DNA from: a virus | Taxonomy: Duplodnaviria; Caudoviricetes | Length of the DNA stretch: 36,726 nucleotides | Strand: one strand, 5' to 3' | Virus record (IMG/VR): IMGVR_UViG_3300022670_000133 | Span: 1-36,726 of that record | In this document: in pieces, positions 10,447-19,273 of the stretch | Layout of the letters: the number at the start of each line of letters is the position of its first letter | How positions within the stretch are numbered: position 1 is the stretch's first letter | Made by a program: the position numbers and the translations under genes | Notes under the pieces: model-generated | Database searches by the model: none | What the model saw: the letters and a program-made list of their open reading frames with translations, nothing else | What the model was told of the DNA's origin: nothing

Positions 10447-10691
10447 TAGTTCCTCCCTCACCAGTCGTGCCCATTACCAACCCTAATGGAGATATGACGC
10501 AGGAAATGCAGACATGGACGGGGCTTGTCTCTAATCCAATTATCGTTGGCACGGGTTCCCCTGAAGGAGTTGTAAGCGCGACGCAGGCAACGGAATATAT
10601 GGACGACGCGGGCACGGCGGGCGCGATCAAGTATATCAAGCGGGACGCTGATATTGGCGGTGATAAGAAACAAGGGTGGATCTTGGTGTGA
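10443..10691 (+). CDS. short virion protein at the tail needle/plug (gp26) position
   Basis: 82 aa with GTGSPEGVVSA motif; ATGA-coupled to gp10. Confidence 0.55.
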   Translation: MIVPPSPVVPITNPNGDMTQEMQTWTGLVSNPIIVGTGSPEGVVSATQATEYMDDAGTAGAIKYIKRDADIGGDKKQGWILV

Positions 10692-11164
10692 TTATCGCAG
10701 AGCGCACATTTGACACAAAGCTGATACGGTCGATTATGACCAATGATGCTATATGGAAAACTGTCTCTCAAGACGGGCAAAGCAAAGCTGATTATATCCC
10801 TTATGTTCAGGCTGACTGCTGGCTCAAAATGTTGTTTAATAATATCTGTGTTGGTGTGTTTGGGTTTGAGAGCGTGAACAAGATCACGATTCAAGTACAC
10901 CCGGCTATCCTTGCAGAATATCGCGGTAAGATAGGCCATGAAGCCGGCATTGAACATTTAAGATGGATTTACGAGAATGAACCCACTTGCATGAAAATTG
11001 TTGCAACGATACCCGTGATTTACAAACATGTTAAACTTTATGCGAATATGCTAGGATACCGTGACGAAGGTATTAACCGGGCGAGCTACATGAAAAACGG
11101 ACGAATCCACGACCAATGGATGCTTGGAATTACTAGAGAAGAGATTGCGAGGGTTATATCATGA
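10688..11164 (+). CDS. GNAT-fold protein, P22 gp14/DUF2824-like
   Basis: QVHPAIL and LGYRDEGINRASYMKNGRIHDQWMLGITREE motifs; a GTGA overlap suggests the start is 10688. Confidence 0.8.
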   Translation: MIIAERTFDTKLIRSIMTNDAIWKTVSQDGQSKADYIPYVQADCWLKMLFNNICVGVFGFESVNKITIQVHPAILAEYRGKIGHEAGIEHLRWIYENEPTCMKIVATIPVIYKHVKLYANMLGYRDEGINRASYMKNGRIHDQWMLGITREEIARVIS

Positions 11165-12057
11165 GTTTTGTTTCTGATTTTTTGTTTGGAGGCGACGATA
11201 CCAGCGCGCAAGACGCAACGCAGAGACTACAATCTGAGCAGCTACAGCTATTCAAAGAACAGGCAGAGCAAGCGCGAGGCGATGTTATCCCCCTCCTTGG
11301 CCAAGCTGATGTTGATAGGAATTTAGGTTTTGAAGCAGCACTAGGCTCATTGCAGGCAGGACAACCACAGTTCCAGAATGCAATTCTTGGTTTGCCTGCA
11401 AGTTTACCGCAAACACAGCTTCCGCAGTTCGGAGGGACGGCAGCGGTCTTCCCTGGACAGCAAGCCACCCCGCAGGATAACGTGTTAGCTGTTGATTCAT
11501 TCCCCGGAAGATCAGAACCCATTCCCTCTGGATTATCCCTTGCTGATTTACAAAGGTCTGTATTCGCCGCGGATAAAGGCACAGAAGCGCGCAGAACAGC
11601 ACAGCAACAAGTCAATCAATTTTTAGGGGGCGCACAGGAAACGCCCTTATCTCTTGCATTGCAGGAATTCCAAGGGCTTAGAAAAGGCTCATCAGCAAGA
11701 GGCAGAGCAAAACAGGAGGTTAAAGACCTTCTTGGGCAAGATAGCCTGCAATCTGCGCTTTCTAGTATTTTTAGCGGACAGTTTGGCGGTCAGTTTGGCG
11801 ATGGTGGTTCCGATCCGTCGAGTCTTGACCAACCGTCACTCTCAACGCGTTCAGACGCGGAGTTATCCCTTGGCCTCAGTATAGCAAAGGGTCTTTCTAA
11901 CGTTCCGACGTTTGGCATTATTTCGATGTTCTCTCAGGCGGCTATTAATAATGAAATTTCTAAAAGAGGGGGGATTTCAACGGGTGGCACAGGACCGGGA
12001 AGCGGATTTGGTGGTGGTGAGGACGAAGCAGGACAAGTAGATCAAGGATTGGCTTAA
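11161..12057 (+). CDS. DNA ejection protein (gp7-like N-terminus)
   Basis: MSFVSDFLFGGD...Q-rich helix; G/S/Q-rich; first gene of the ejection cluster. Confidence 0.6.
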   Translation: MSFVSDFLFGGDDTSAQDATQRLQSEQLQLFKEQAEQARGDVIPLLGQADVDRNLGFEAALGSLQAGQPQFQNAILGLPASLPQTQLPQFGGTAAVFPGQQATPQDNVLAVDSFPGRSEPIPSGLSLADLQRSVFAADKGTEARRTAQQQVNQFLGGAQETPLSLALQEFQGLRKGSSARGRAKQEVKDLLGQDSLQSALSSIFSGQFGGQFGDGGSDPSSLDQPSLSTRSDAELSLGLSIAKGLSNVPTFGIISMFSQAAINNEISKRGGISTGGTGPGSGFGGGEDEAGQVDQGLA

Positions 12058-12066
12058 GGAAAAAAC

Positions 12067-12837
12067 ATGGTACATATTCCGGGGCATATCCCGCAAACAG
12101 GTTTAATCGGTTCAGAGCAAGCACTTCAAGGTGGGCTTGAAGGTGCTCTAGCCTCATTGCAAGGCGGTGTTAGCCAAGGGCGGCAGGATTTAGGCGGGTT
12201 CGCAAGGCAAGGCCAGCGGGCAGGCACATTGCAGGCGAGGCTTTCCGGTGCATCAGGCCCAGAACTTCAGCAACAGGCAATAAGCAATTTTGCCTCATCC
12301 CCGGGCCAGCAGTTCTTAAGAGATCAACAAGAGCAGGCATTGCTTCGAAATGCGGCCGCAACGGGCGGAACCCAGGGCGGGAATGTTTTAACCGCTCTGC
12401 AAGATCAAGCATTTGGACGGGCACAGACTGATTTTGGAAACCAGTTCAACAGACTTGGACAAGTGGCGGGGCGAGGCTTTCAGGCGCAAGGGCAGCGGGC
12501 AGGACTTGCAGCGCAAGGCGGACAGGCCGGGGCACAACTAGCCTTTGGTACAGGCCAGCAGCTTGCAGGCGGTCGCACACGCGCAGCCGAACAGATAGCC
12601 AGCAACCTTGGGGGCACGACAAGCGCCCTTGCAAATCTTCTTTCAGGCGCGGGGCAAGCATCGGCAGCGGGTAGTGGCAACCTTGCTCAAATCCTCGCGA
12701 ATATTGCAGCGGGCCAAGGAAACCAGATTTCAGGGATTGGCGGAATTCCAGGCACACAACAGACGCAAGGAAATATTGGCGGTGTTGGGCAGCTTGCAGA
12801 AGGTTTTGGAACTCTTTTAAGTTTCTTCGGTTCTTAA
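12067..12837 (+). CDS. DNA ejection protein, gp7-like core
   Basis: SPGQQFLRDQQEQALLRNAAATGG...NVLTALQ motif; G/A/Q-rich. Confidence 0.7.
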   Translation: MVHIPGHIPQTGLIGSEQALQGGLEGALASLQGGVSQGRQDLGGFARQGQRAGTLQARLSGASGPELQQQAISNFASSPGQQFLRDQQEQALLRNAAATGGTQGGNVLTALQDQAFGRAQTDFGNQFNRLGQVAGRGFQAQGQRAGLAAQGGQAGAQLAFGTGQQLAGGRTRAAEQIASNLGGTTSALANLLSGAGQASAAGSGNLAQILANIAAGQGNQISGIGGIPGTQQTQGNIGGVGQLAEGFGTLLSFFGS

Positions 12838-12871
12838 CCGGAATATGGTTAATTATGAAATGGTGATTTAA

Positions 12872-14140
12872 ATGGCAACATTGCAGGAAATACTTTCAAA
12901 CGTCAGCGTTGGCCTGCAAGGATTTGGCGCGGGTGTGAGGGGTGGCGGGCAACAGTTCTTGCAAAACAGGCAGACGCAGCTTACAAATCTTTCGAATGAG
13001 CGCAGGCAAGGCATGTTGATTGACAATAGGGGCGCGCTCACTCTCTTGCGCAAAGGTGACGTGCCACGTGCAACGCAGCTATTGCAAAACCGCGTTCAGG
13101 AGATACAACGATTAGGCGGCGATCCAACAGACACGCAAGGGCTACTCGATACAATCACCAGGGGAGATATTCAGGGCGCTATTGCGGATTCTGAAGTTCT
13201 TGATAATGCCGCTGTTCTTCGTGGGTTTTTACCCCAACCAACCGCCGCTGCAATCCCTAAAGTTATCAAGGTTGATAAAGGCGTTGCAGTGATGCAAGAC
13301 CCAACAACTGGCGAGGTGACAACGCAGCGGTTGCAAGGGTTCGGCGGTCTATCTCAAACGAAAGATGTGCAACGGTCTGTTAATCTTCCGGGCGGCGTGG
13401 TTCAGCTTGTGTATGAAGACGGTACAATTGAGTTAGTAGAGCCAAGCGCGCAAGATAGGGCTACCATTGAGGCTGCAGAAGATCGCGGGACAAGTCTACA
13501 GCAGGCAAGGTCTGAAGGTCGCGCCATTGGTAAGGTTGCGGGCACCAAGACAGAACAGCGAGTGCAGACGGTTATCAATGAAGGCGTTGATGCAGTGCAA
13601 GGCATACCTATTTTACGTAGATCCTTGCAATTACTTGAACGTATTGAGACGGGCGGCATTGACGCAGCCAGATTGAGAGCAAAACAGTTATTCGGCGTTG
13701 AAGGCGCTGATGAGGGAGAGCTATCAGCCAACCTTGGCCGTACAGTACTTGGACAATTGAGGGCAACATTTGGTGCGGCATTTACTGAAAAGGAAGGCGC
13801 GAGATTGGAGCGTATGTCTGCAGGCTTTGGCAAGTCACAAGCAGCCAATAAACGTATCTTGCGGCAGTCCCTCAAGATTGCGACGGATGCCGCAAACCGG
13901 GCACTGGCCGCGGCAAGAGAGCGCGGCGATACCGCGGCAGAGAATGACTTGCTTGATTTCCTTGATGGCAAGTTTGACTTAACAGACGAATCTCTTGCAG
14001 GCATCTTTACGCCAGGAGGAACACAGACAACCCCTCAAGATATTTCCAGCATGACAACTGAACAACTTGACGCAGAAATTGCACGTCAGGAAGCAGAGCG
14101 CGGGCGGCTGCAATCTCAAATAACGGCGGGTGGTGGCTAA
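12872..14140 (+). CDS. DNA ejection protein, gp20-position
   Basis: 422 aa, helical, with LRATFGAAFTEKEG; synteny. Confidence 0.65.
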   Translation: MATLQEILSNVSVGLQGFGAGVRGGGQQFLQNRQTQLTNLSNERRQGMLIDNRGALTLLRKGDVPRATQLLQNRVQEIQRLGGDPTDTQGLLDTITRGDIQGAIADSEVLDNAAVLRGFLPQPTAAAIPKVIKVDKGVAVMQDPTTGEVTTQRLQGFGGLSQTKDVQRSVNLPGGVVQLVYEDGTIELVEPSAQDRATIEAAEDRGTSLQQARSEGRAIGKVAGTKTEQRVQTVINEGVDAVQGIPILRRSLQLLERIETGGIDAARLRAKQLFGVEGADEGELSANLGRTVLGQLRATFGAAFTEKEGARLERMSAGFGKSQAANKRILRQSLKIATDAANRALAAARERGDTAAENDLLDFLDGKFDLTDESLAGIFTPGGTQTTPQDISSMTTEQLDAEIARQEAERGRLQSQITAGGG

Positions 14141-15918
14141 TGGCAACACTTGATGAATTAAAGCGCGAAAAACTTCGCCGTTTGATTGAAGGAAATCAAC
14201 AGTTAGCAGCAGGCGCGCCGACACCACAGGCAGCGCCGGAAATACCAACCATAGTTGAAGGTCAAGTCCTTGATTTTGGCGATGGCCCTGTTCAAATGCG
14301 CCAAGGTCAATTGGTTCCTATTCCTCGAAGTGAGGCAGACGCGATACTGGCACAACAAGCACAGCCAACAGCGCAAGAAGTTACAGGGCAGACACTTGAA
14401 AGCCTTGGCCTTGATCTAACACTAGAACGACCCCCATTCTCTCCGATTGCCAGAGATCCAGCAACAGGCAAAGGTGAGCTTGCTATTCCTGGGATTGCTG
14501 TTGAAGCATTACGGGCAGCACTCACACCAGGGGCAGCGGCGCAAGGTGCAAGAGTGAGCGCGCAGGATGTATTGAATACCGCCTTAACTGGTGGCCCCGG
14601 CGCTATTCGCGGCGCTGTCAGGGGTACAGCAAGAACGGTTGACCCTTTGGCACGTGAAGTCGTGGAGGCAGGAAGAGAATTAAACGTTCCTGTTATGACA
14701 ACGGACGTCTTGCCGCCTCAAGGTGTTATTGGTGGGCTTGCAAGACAGACAGGTGAGCGCATACCGTTCGCAGGAACAACAGGGCCACGCATTGCACAGC
14801 AACGAGCAAGGGAGCAGGCTGTTGAAAACTTCGCGGCAGAATTCCCGCCAATTAGTGAAAGTGATATTATTGGAAGCCTGAAGGCACAGAAAAAAGCCAT
14901 ATCGGGAAAAGCCGGGGATGTTATAGAAAGAACGAAGACAAATCTTTCTAATGTTGACAGTGTTGATATTACGGACGTGAATAAAACGATTGATGATTTG
15001 ATTGAAGACCTTTCAACCCCCGGACGGATACAAGATCCAGTTGCTATTGAACGTTTGAATGCAGTGAAAGAATCGCTGAATGCAGGGCCGCAACCTTTTG
15101 ATATTTTACGGGACAACAGAACGACAATCAGAGAGACGCTTGAACAGATCGACCCCACAGGACGAAGCCAGCTAACAAGCCGTGCCAAGTCACAGTTTCA
15201 AAAGGTGTATAATTCAATTACGCGAACACTTGACGCAGAGGTACAAGAGAACCTTGGCGAGACAGCCTTGCGCCAATATAAACAGGCGGACGGTGTGTTT
15301 TTCAGGCAGGCGAACGATTTACGAAAAACACGGCTGAAAACTGTTCTTGATAAGGGTGATTTGACACCTGAAACAGTCAACAACCTGATTTTCTCAACGA
15401 AGCCTTCAGAGGTTAAACTTTTGTTTAAGAGCCTGAATACTGAAGGACGTAAAAACGTGCGCGGTGCATTGATTTCAAGGGCTGTGGAAAAGGCAACAAA
15501 AGATAATGATGTTCTCGACCCTAGTAAGTTTGCAAAAGAGTTGAACAAGATCAAGACAGGAACGGACGTATTTTTCCGGGGCGACGACGCAAAGAGATTG
15601 CGCGGGCTTAAGGTGCTTATGCAGGCCACCAGACAGGCAAAGGATGCGGCGGTTGTCACAGCCACAGGTCAAAGCCTTTTACCTGCGGTTGGCGTTGGCG
15701 CGGGTGCTTTGGTCGGGTTCTGGCCTGCAATAGCGGGCATGGCAACAGCGGGCGGCGCTGCACGTCTTTATGAAAGTCAGGCAGTGAGAAATATGCTTAT
15801 TAATTTAGGTACGAGCGGGCAGAAGAATGCAGGGCGCATTATTGCAAAGCATTCCGGCGCAATAGCGGATACAATACGCAGGCTATCAGGTCCAGCACTT
15901 ACAGCAGAGGGTGAATAA
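14140..15918 (+). CDS. DNA ejection protein, gp16-position
   Basis: 592 aa with MTTDVLPP, KGDLTPE and a hydrophobic segment before ARLYESQAVRNMLI. Confidence 0.7.
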   Translation: MATLDELKREKLRRLIEGNQQLAAGAPTPQAAPEIPTIVEGQVLDFGDGPVQMRQGQLVPIPRSEADAILAQQAQPTAQEVTGQTLESLGLDLTLERPPFSPIARDPATGKGELAIPGIAVEALRAALTPGAAAQGARVSAQDVLNTALTGGPGAIRGAVRGTARTVDPLAREVVEAGRELNVPVMTTDVLPPQGVIGGLARQTGERIPFAGTTGPRIAQQRAREQAVENFAAEFPPISESDIIGSLKAQKKAISGKAGDVIERTKTNLSNVDSVDITDVNKTIDDLIEDLSTPGRIQDPVAIERLNAVKESLNAGPQPFDILRDNRTTIRETLEQIDPTGRSQLTSRAKSQFQKVYNSITRTLDAEVQENLGETALRQYKQADGVFFRQANDLRKTRLKTVLDKGDLTPETVNNLIFSTKPSEVKLLFKSLNTEGRKNVRGALISRAVEKATKDNDVLDPSKFAKELNKIKTGTDVFFRGDDAKRLRGLKVLMQATRQAKDAAVVTATGQSLLPAVGVGAGALVGFWPAIAGMATAGGAARLYESQAVRNMLINLGTSGQKNAGRIIAKHSGAIADTIRRLSGPALTAEGE

Positions 15919-17427
15919 ATGGCACGCGCAGGCAATCCAGTACCACAGATTTCAGACGATGCGGGCAAGCCGTTTGTCGATGCTGAGTTAAGCACATTTG
16001 AAAGCGACACAAGCACAAGAAAAGATACGTTTTCAGATGTAAACGAAACTATTAAAAACGATAACCCAATTTTAATTGGCGGCGGTGGGCGCTGGCCTAA
16101 TATCTTCTTTACAGGTATTGCAAAGCAAGTAATGAATGCAACGGTAAAGGGTGTGCCGGGCGTTCAAATATGGGAGCGCGATCCTGTAGGCGGTACAAAT
16201 CCAAACGATAGCATATCAAACTGGTCTGCTCTGATTATCTACAACATCAATGATTTGGTTCAGGGTTCAAATACGCTGTTTTATAAGAGCATCACAAACG
16301 GCAACATCAACAACGACCCAACCCAAAGCCCCGAATTCTGGGAAGAGTTCAAACTTATTACGGTTTGGAATCCTAATGTTGATTATGCGTTATCAGCAAT
16401 CGTTATTGGTTCTGATGGATTACAGTATCGGTCGCTGATTAGCAATAATTCAAACAACGACCCAACAGTGAGCCCTTCTGAATGGGGGCCAACAACAGCC
16501 CCGATTGGTACGGATGACATTCAAGGCGGCGCGGTCACATACCCCAAACTTGGGGCAGACGTAACAACAGTAATTGAAGACGAACCCAACGGCATTATTA
16601 ACGGTGCTTTTGACAGGTGGGAAAGAGCAACAACGCAATCTACAAGCGGGTACGGCTCTGCTGATAGGTGGGACTTCTCGTTCAGGACAAGTGACGGCGG
16701 CGTGGGGTCGGTAACCCGTACTGCTCACAGCGTTGGAGCAATGGAAACATCAGACAGCGAATTCTTTGCTGCATTCGACCAGACAACAGCCCCGGCAACA
16801 AATATACCAAATATGGAACAGCTCATAGAGGACGTTTGGACGTATAGCGACGAAGTTGTAACCGTTTCTTTCAGGGCAAAACTCACATCAGGAACTTCTG
16901 ATATCGTTCCCGTTCTTACTCAAAAATTCGGCTCTGGTGGGTCTTCTGATGTTGTGAATACAGGCACAGCGATAACCCTGACAGGCGCGTTTGCTGATTT
17001 TTCCCAAACATTCACCCTTGCCAGTATATTAGGTAAGACGGTAGGGGCCGGGTCTTCTTTGGGCTTGATGCTTAACTTTGACGTTGATGTTTTCAGGGTT
17101 GATGTCTCTCAAGTTCAGATACAGCGCGGCAGTGTTGCAACTAAGTTCTCCAGAGCCGGTGGGACAAAAGGCGGGGACGGTGAGCTTGCTAAACGCTATT
17201 ATATGGAATTAAACAATATTGGTGTGGTTACGTCTGATGCTGATGGCAGGTTTGCCAACAACATTCCTTTTCCTGTGACTATGAGAACAACACCCTCTAT
17301 AACCGTTGTTTTAAATGGTGGTGTTGGTGGCGATTTTGGGCAAGCTGATCCAAATTCATGCAGGCAAACAGCCGTCAATTCTACATTTGACGATAGCACA
17401 ATCAAATTAGACGCGGAGTTAAGTTAA
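15919..17427 (+). CDS. tail fibre/spike: virion-anchoring N-terminus, two CBM5/12-like repeats and a carbohydrate-binding-like domain
   Basis: PVPQISDDAGKP...NPILIGGGGRWPNIFF; two W..Y...YKS/YRS..N..NDPT.SP..W repeats; NGIINGAFDRWER; ELAKRYY; FPVTMRTTP. Confidence 0.75.
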   Translation: MARAGNPVPQISDDAGKPFVDAELSTFESDTSTRKDTFSDVNETIKNDNPILIGGGGRWPNIFFTGIAKQVMNATVKGVPGVQIWERDPVGGTNPNDSISNWSALIIYNINDLVQGSNTLFYKSITNGNINNDPTQSPEFWEEFKLITVWNPNVDYALSAIVIGSDGLQYRSLISNNSNNDPTVSPSEWGPTTAPIGTDDIQGGAVTYPKLGADVTTVIEDEPNGIINGAFDRWERATTQSTSGYGSADRWDFSFRTSDGGVGSVTRTAHSVGAMETSDSEFFAAFDQTTAPATNIPNMEQLIEDVWTYSDEVVTVSFRAKLTSGTSDIVPVLTQKFGSGGSSDVVNTGTAITLTGAFADFSQTFTLASILGKTVGAGSSLGLMLNFDVDVFRVDVSQVQIQRGSVATKFSRAGGTKGGDGELAKRYYMELNNIGVVTSDADGRFANNIPFPVTMRTTPSITVVLNGGVGGDFGQADPNSCRQTAVNSTFDDSTIKLDAELS

Positions 17428-17717
17428 TGGGGATATCAAGCGCGGCGTATACTGAAACCGGCGATATCAAAGTAGCGTTTGATAATGGCACAAGCGCCAC
17501 TGTCCCAGCAGAGGACGGAAACAGGCACTACAAGATGGTTCTTGAATGGGGGGGCACTATCGCAGCATACGCAGCCCCGCCACCTCAGACAGATGAAGAA
17601 GCATTCCAGGAGCTTATGAAAAACAAACACTTGAAAGCGTTATTCGTAGCTATTGGAAAGAGAGCAGGATTCACAGGAATTCCTCAGATAATCACAGCAT
17701 ATAAGGCAGAACTATAA
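17427..17717 (+). CDS. putative tail fibre assembly protein
   Basis: VPAEDGNRHY motif; coupled to the fibre gene. Confidence 0.55.
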   Translation: MGISSAAYTETGDIKVAFDNGTSATVPAEDGNRHYKMVLEWGGTIAAYAAPPPQTDEEAFQELMKNKHLKALFVAIGKRAGFTGIPQIITAYKAEL

Positions 17718-17830
17718 TGTCAGGTAGAAACCCACGGAAATTAAACCGCAAAAAGACATCAAATAAAACATCGAGTAAAAAATTATCGTCCCACAATCGC
17801 AACACAAAGAAGCGGACCAAAAAGGCTTAA
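17717..17830 (+). CDS. very basic 37-aa peptide (not in ORF track)
   Basis: TAATG coupling; MSGRNPRKLNRKKTSNKTSSKKLSSHNRNTKKRTKKA; fills the gap up to 17835. Confidence 0.6.
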   Translation: MSGRNPRKLNRKKTSNKTSSKKLSSHNRNTKKRTKKA

Positions 17831-17834
17831 TCCA

Positions 17835-18260
17835 ATGGATATTTATATAATTTTTGATGCCGTTGCCGTTATTCTAGCAGGTCTAATCTTCTGGAAAGCT
17901 AAAACAAAGGAAAGCCTGCTTCTTTTTTGTTTCTTTGTATTAGCCGCTTCGATTTACTCTTTTATTTATTTAATCGCAGGGGAATTCAGCGCGGATCTTT
18001 CAGGGCTTTGGGTTAAATTATTTATAGGAATGTCTGTTGTTTTCGGCTTGATGAGCAAAAGCCATCCCATTGTACTCGGCTATGCTGCCTATGTAATTGT
18101 TGTTAGTATGAATTCAGTAGCTCCACTAGAATATTATTCACAAATGATATATTCTATATATGCACTTCAATTATTAGTGGTGTTCTATGATAGAAATCAT
18201 ACTTTTGGGGGCCATAGGAATCGCGTTCCTAGTGTATCACATGGTAGAGTTGACAGTTGA
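17835..18260 (+). CDS. multi-pass membrane protein in the lysis region
   Basis: About 4-5 hydrophobic segments in 141 aa. Confidence 0.7.
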   Translation: MDIYIIFDAVAVILAGLIFWKAKTKESLLLFCFFVLAASIYSFIYLIAGEFSADLSGLWVKLFIGMSVVFGLMSKSHPIVLGYAAYVIVVSMNSVAPLEYYSQMIYSIYALQLLVVFYDRNHTFGGHRNRVPSVSHGRVDS

Positions 18261-18285
18261 GCGTGAGGATACGGACGATGATTGA
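18187..18285 (+). CDS. overlapping 32-aa single-TM peptide with an acidic tail (not in ORF track)
   Basis: MIEIILLGAIGIAFLVYHMVELTVEREDTDDD in an alternative frame; GTGGTG upstream; stop overlaps the next gene's 5' end. Confidence 0.45.
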   Translation: MIEIILLGAIGIAFLVYHMVELTVEREDTDDD

Positions 18286-18502
18286 ACTAGAATATTTAAG
18301 AGATTGGGTTTATGGCCCTGTCCTCGCGGTCATCACTCTGCTGGCATCTTTCATTTGGCACAAAATAGCCAAGGATCGAAAAGAGGTAAGAGAAGAAATT
18401 AAAACCATTCGTGAAGACCATTCATTAACAAAAAAGAATGTTGCCGAACTAAAGGTTTGCATTGGAAGAATGGATGAACGTCTGAAGGCATCAGAGAAAT
18501 GA
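18278..18502 (+). CDS. holin-like protein (one TM + coiled coil)
   Basis: TM GPVLAVITLLASFIW followed by a charged coiled coil; directly before the endolysin; GAGGA upstream of ATG 18278. Confidence 0.55.
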   Translation: MIELEYLRDWVYGPVLAVITLLASFIWHKIAKDRKEVREEIKTIREDHSLTKKNVAELKVCIGRMDERLKASEK

Positions 18503-18882
18503 GTGACTGGAACCCTGAAACAACGCCGAATTTCAAAATTTCAGAACTAGCTTGTAGATGCGGTAAGTGTGGCGCTCAATGCCAGATGAAACAGAGCCAC
18601 ATGGAAAAGCTGCAAGCTATGCGGGACATATTAGGCCGCGTGGATGCCGCTTCCGGTTATAGATGCCCACAACATCCAGAAGAACAGAAAAAAGCCACCC
18701 CAGGCGCTCACGCTCAAGGCACGGCCACAGATATCAAGGTATCTAACTCGGCTCACAGATATCAAGTAATAGATGCGGCGTATGCGGTCGGTATGGTTGG
18801 AATTTGCGTTTATGACACTTTCATTCACGTAGACTCAGGGCATGAGACAATGCCAAGACCAGCGATGTGGGTTAAATCATGA
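18499..18882 (+). CDS. endolysin, peptidase M15A family
   Basis: ELACRCGKC, SGYRCPQH, AHAQGTATD and FIHVD zinc-binding motifs. Confidence 0.88.
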   Translation: MSDWNPETTPNFKISELACRCGKCGAQCQMKQSHMEKLQAMRDILGRVDAASGYRCPQHPEEQKKATPGAHAQGTATDIKVSNSAHRYQVIDAAYAVGMVGICVYDTFIHVDSGHETMPRPAMWVKS

Positions 18883-19136
18883 AATACATTCTCATACTCT
18901 CAATGTTCGCTCTTGTTGGATGCAGTACAGCGCAAACCGTAGGCGATATAAAGCGTATACCGGACAGGATAGAGAACGTCATCAACATCATACAAGATCT
19001 TGAGCTTGACGGCCTTGAACTTTTCATACGAAAAGCACGTGAACGCTTGGCAGAGAAAGAAGCTGCGGTTGAATTGAATTATGTCAGAGATAAGGCACAG
19101 ATTAAACGGGGCTGGCAGATATTGGGCGGGAAATAA
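18879..19136 (+). CDS. lipoprotein, possibly spanin-like
   Basis: Signal peptide with lipobox LVGC; follows the endolysin. Confidence 0.65.
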   Translation: MKYILILSMFALVGCSTAQTVGDIKRIPDRIENVINIIQDLELDGLELFIRKARERLAEKEAAVELNYVRDKAQIKRGWQILGGK

Positions 19137-19170
19137 TCCCCCCTCGGACGTGAGGCGAACCGAGAGGGGA
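19131..19170 (-). terminator. terminator hairpin ending leftward transcription
   Basis: 11-bp GC-rich stem followed by TTATTT on the minus strand, at the convergence with the late operon. Confidence 0.7.
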
Positions 19171-19236
19171 ATCAATGGGAGCCTTAAGGAGGGCGGCTCT
19201 AAGGCGGGGAAAGAATGAATAACACCGCCAACCATT
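19131..19236 (-). ncRNA. candidate three-hairpin trans-acting sRNA with anti-start-codon and anti-SD loops
   Basis: Minus strand: GGCGG-[UGUUAUUCAUUCUUUCC]-CCGCC; GAGCC-[GCCCUCCUUAA]-GGCUC; UCCCCUCUCGG-loop-CCGAGGGGGGA-UUAUUU; has its own promoter. Confidence 0.7.
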
Positions 19237-19242
19237 AATGGA

Positions 19243-19271
19243 ATAATATTTAATATACTCGATGTTGTCAA
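19243..19271 (-). promoter_or_regulatory. sigma70-type promoter for the candidate sRNA
   Basis: TTGACA (19271-19266), 17 nt, TATTAT (19248-19243). Confidence 0.75.
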
Positions 19272-19273
19272 TC

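Noticed and set aside
13402-14004. Long antisense ORFs (e.g. 13402-14004, 26049-26693, 9894-10382, 10436-10957, 18900-19295)
   Set aside because: These are shadows of well-supported opposite-strand genes, with no motifs or convincing SD
19215-19238. + strand micro-ORF after GGGGAAAGAATG (MNNTANH)
   Set aside because: Only 7 codons; the minus-strand promoter and terminator explain the locus better, although a relic gene start cannot be fully excluded
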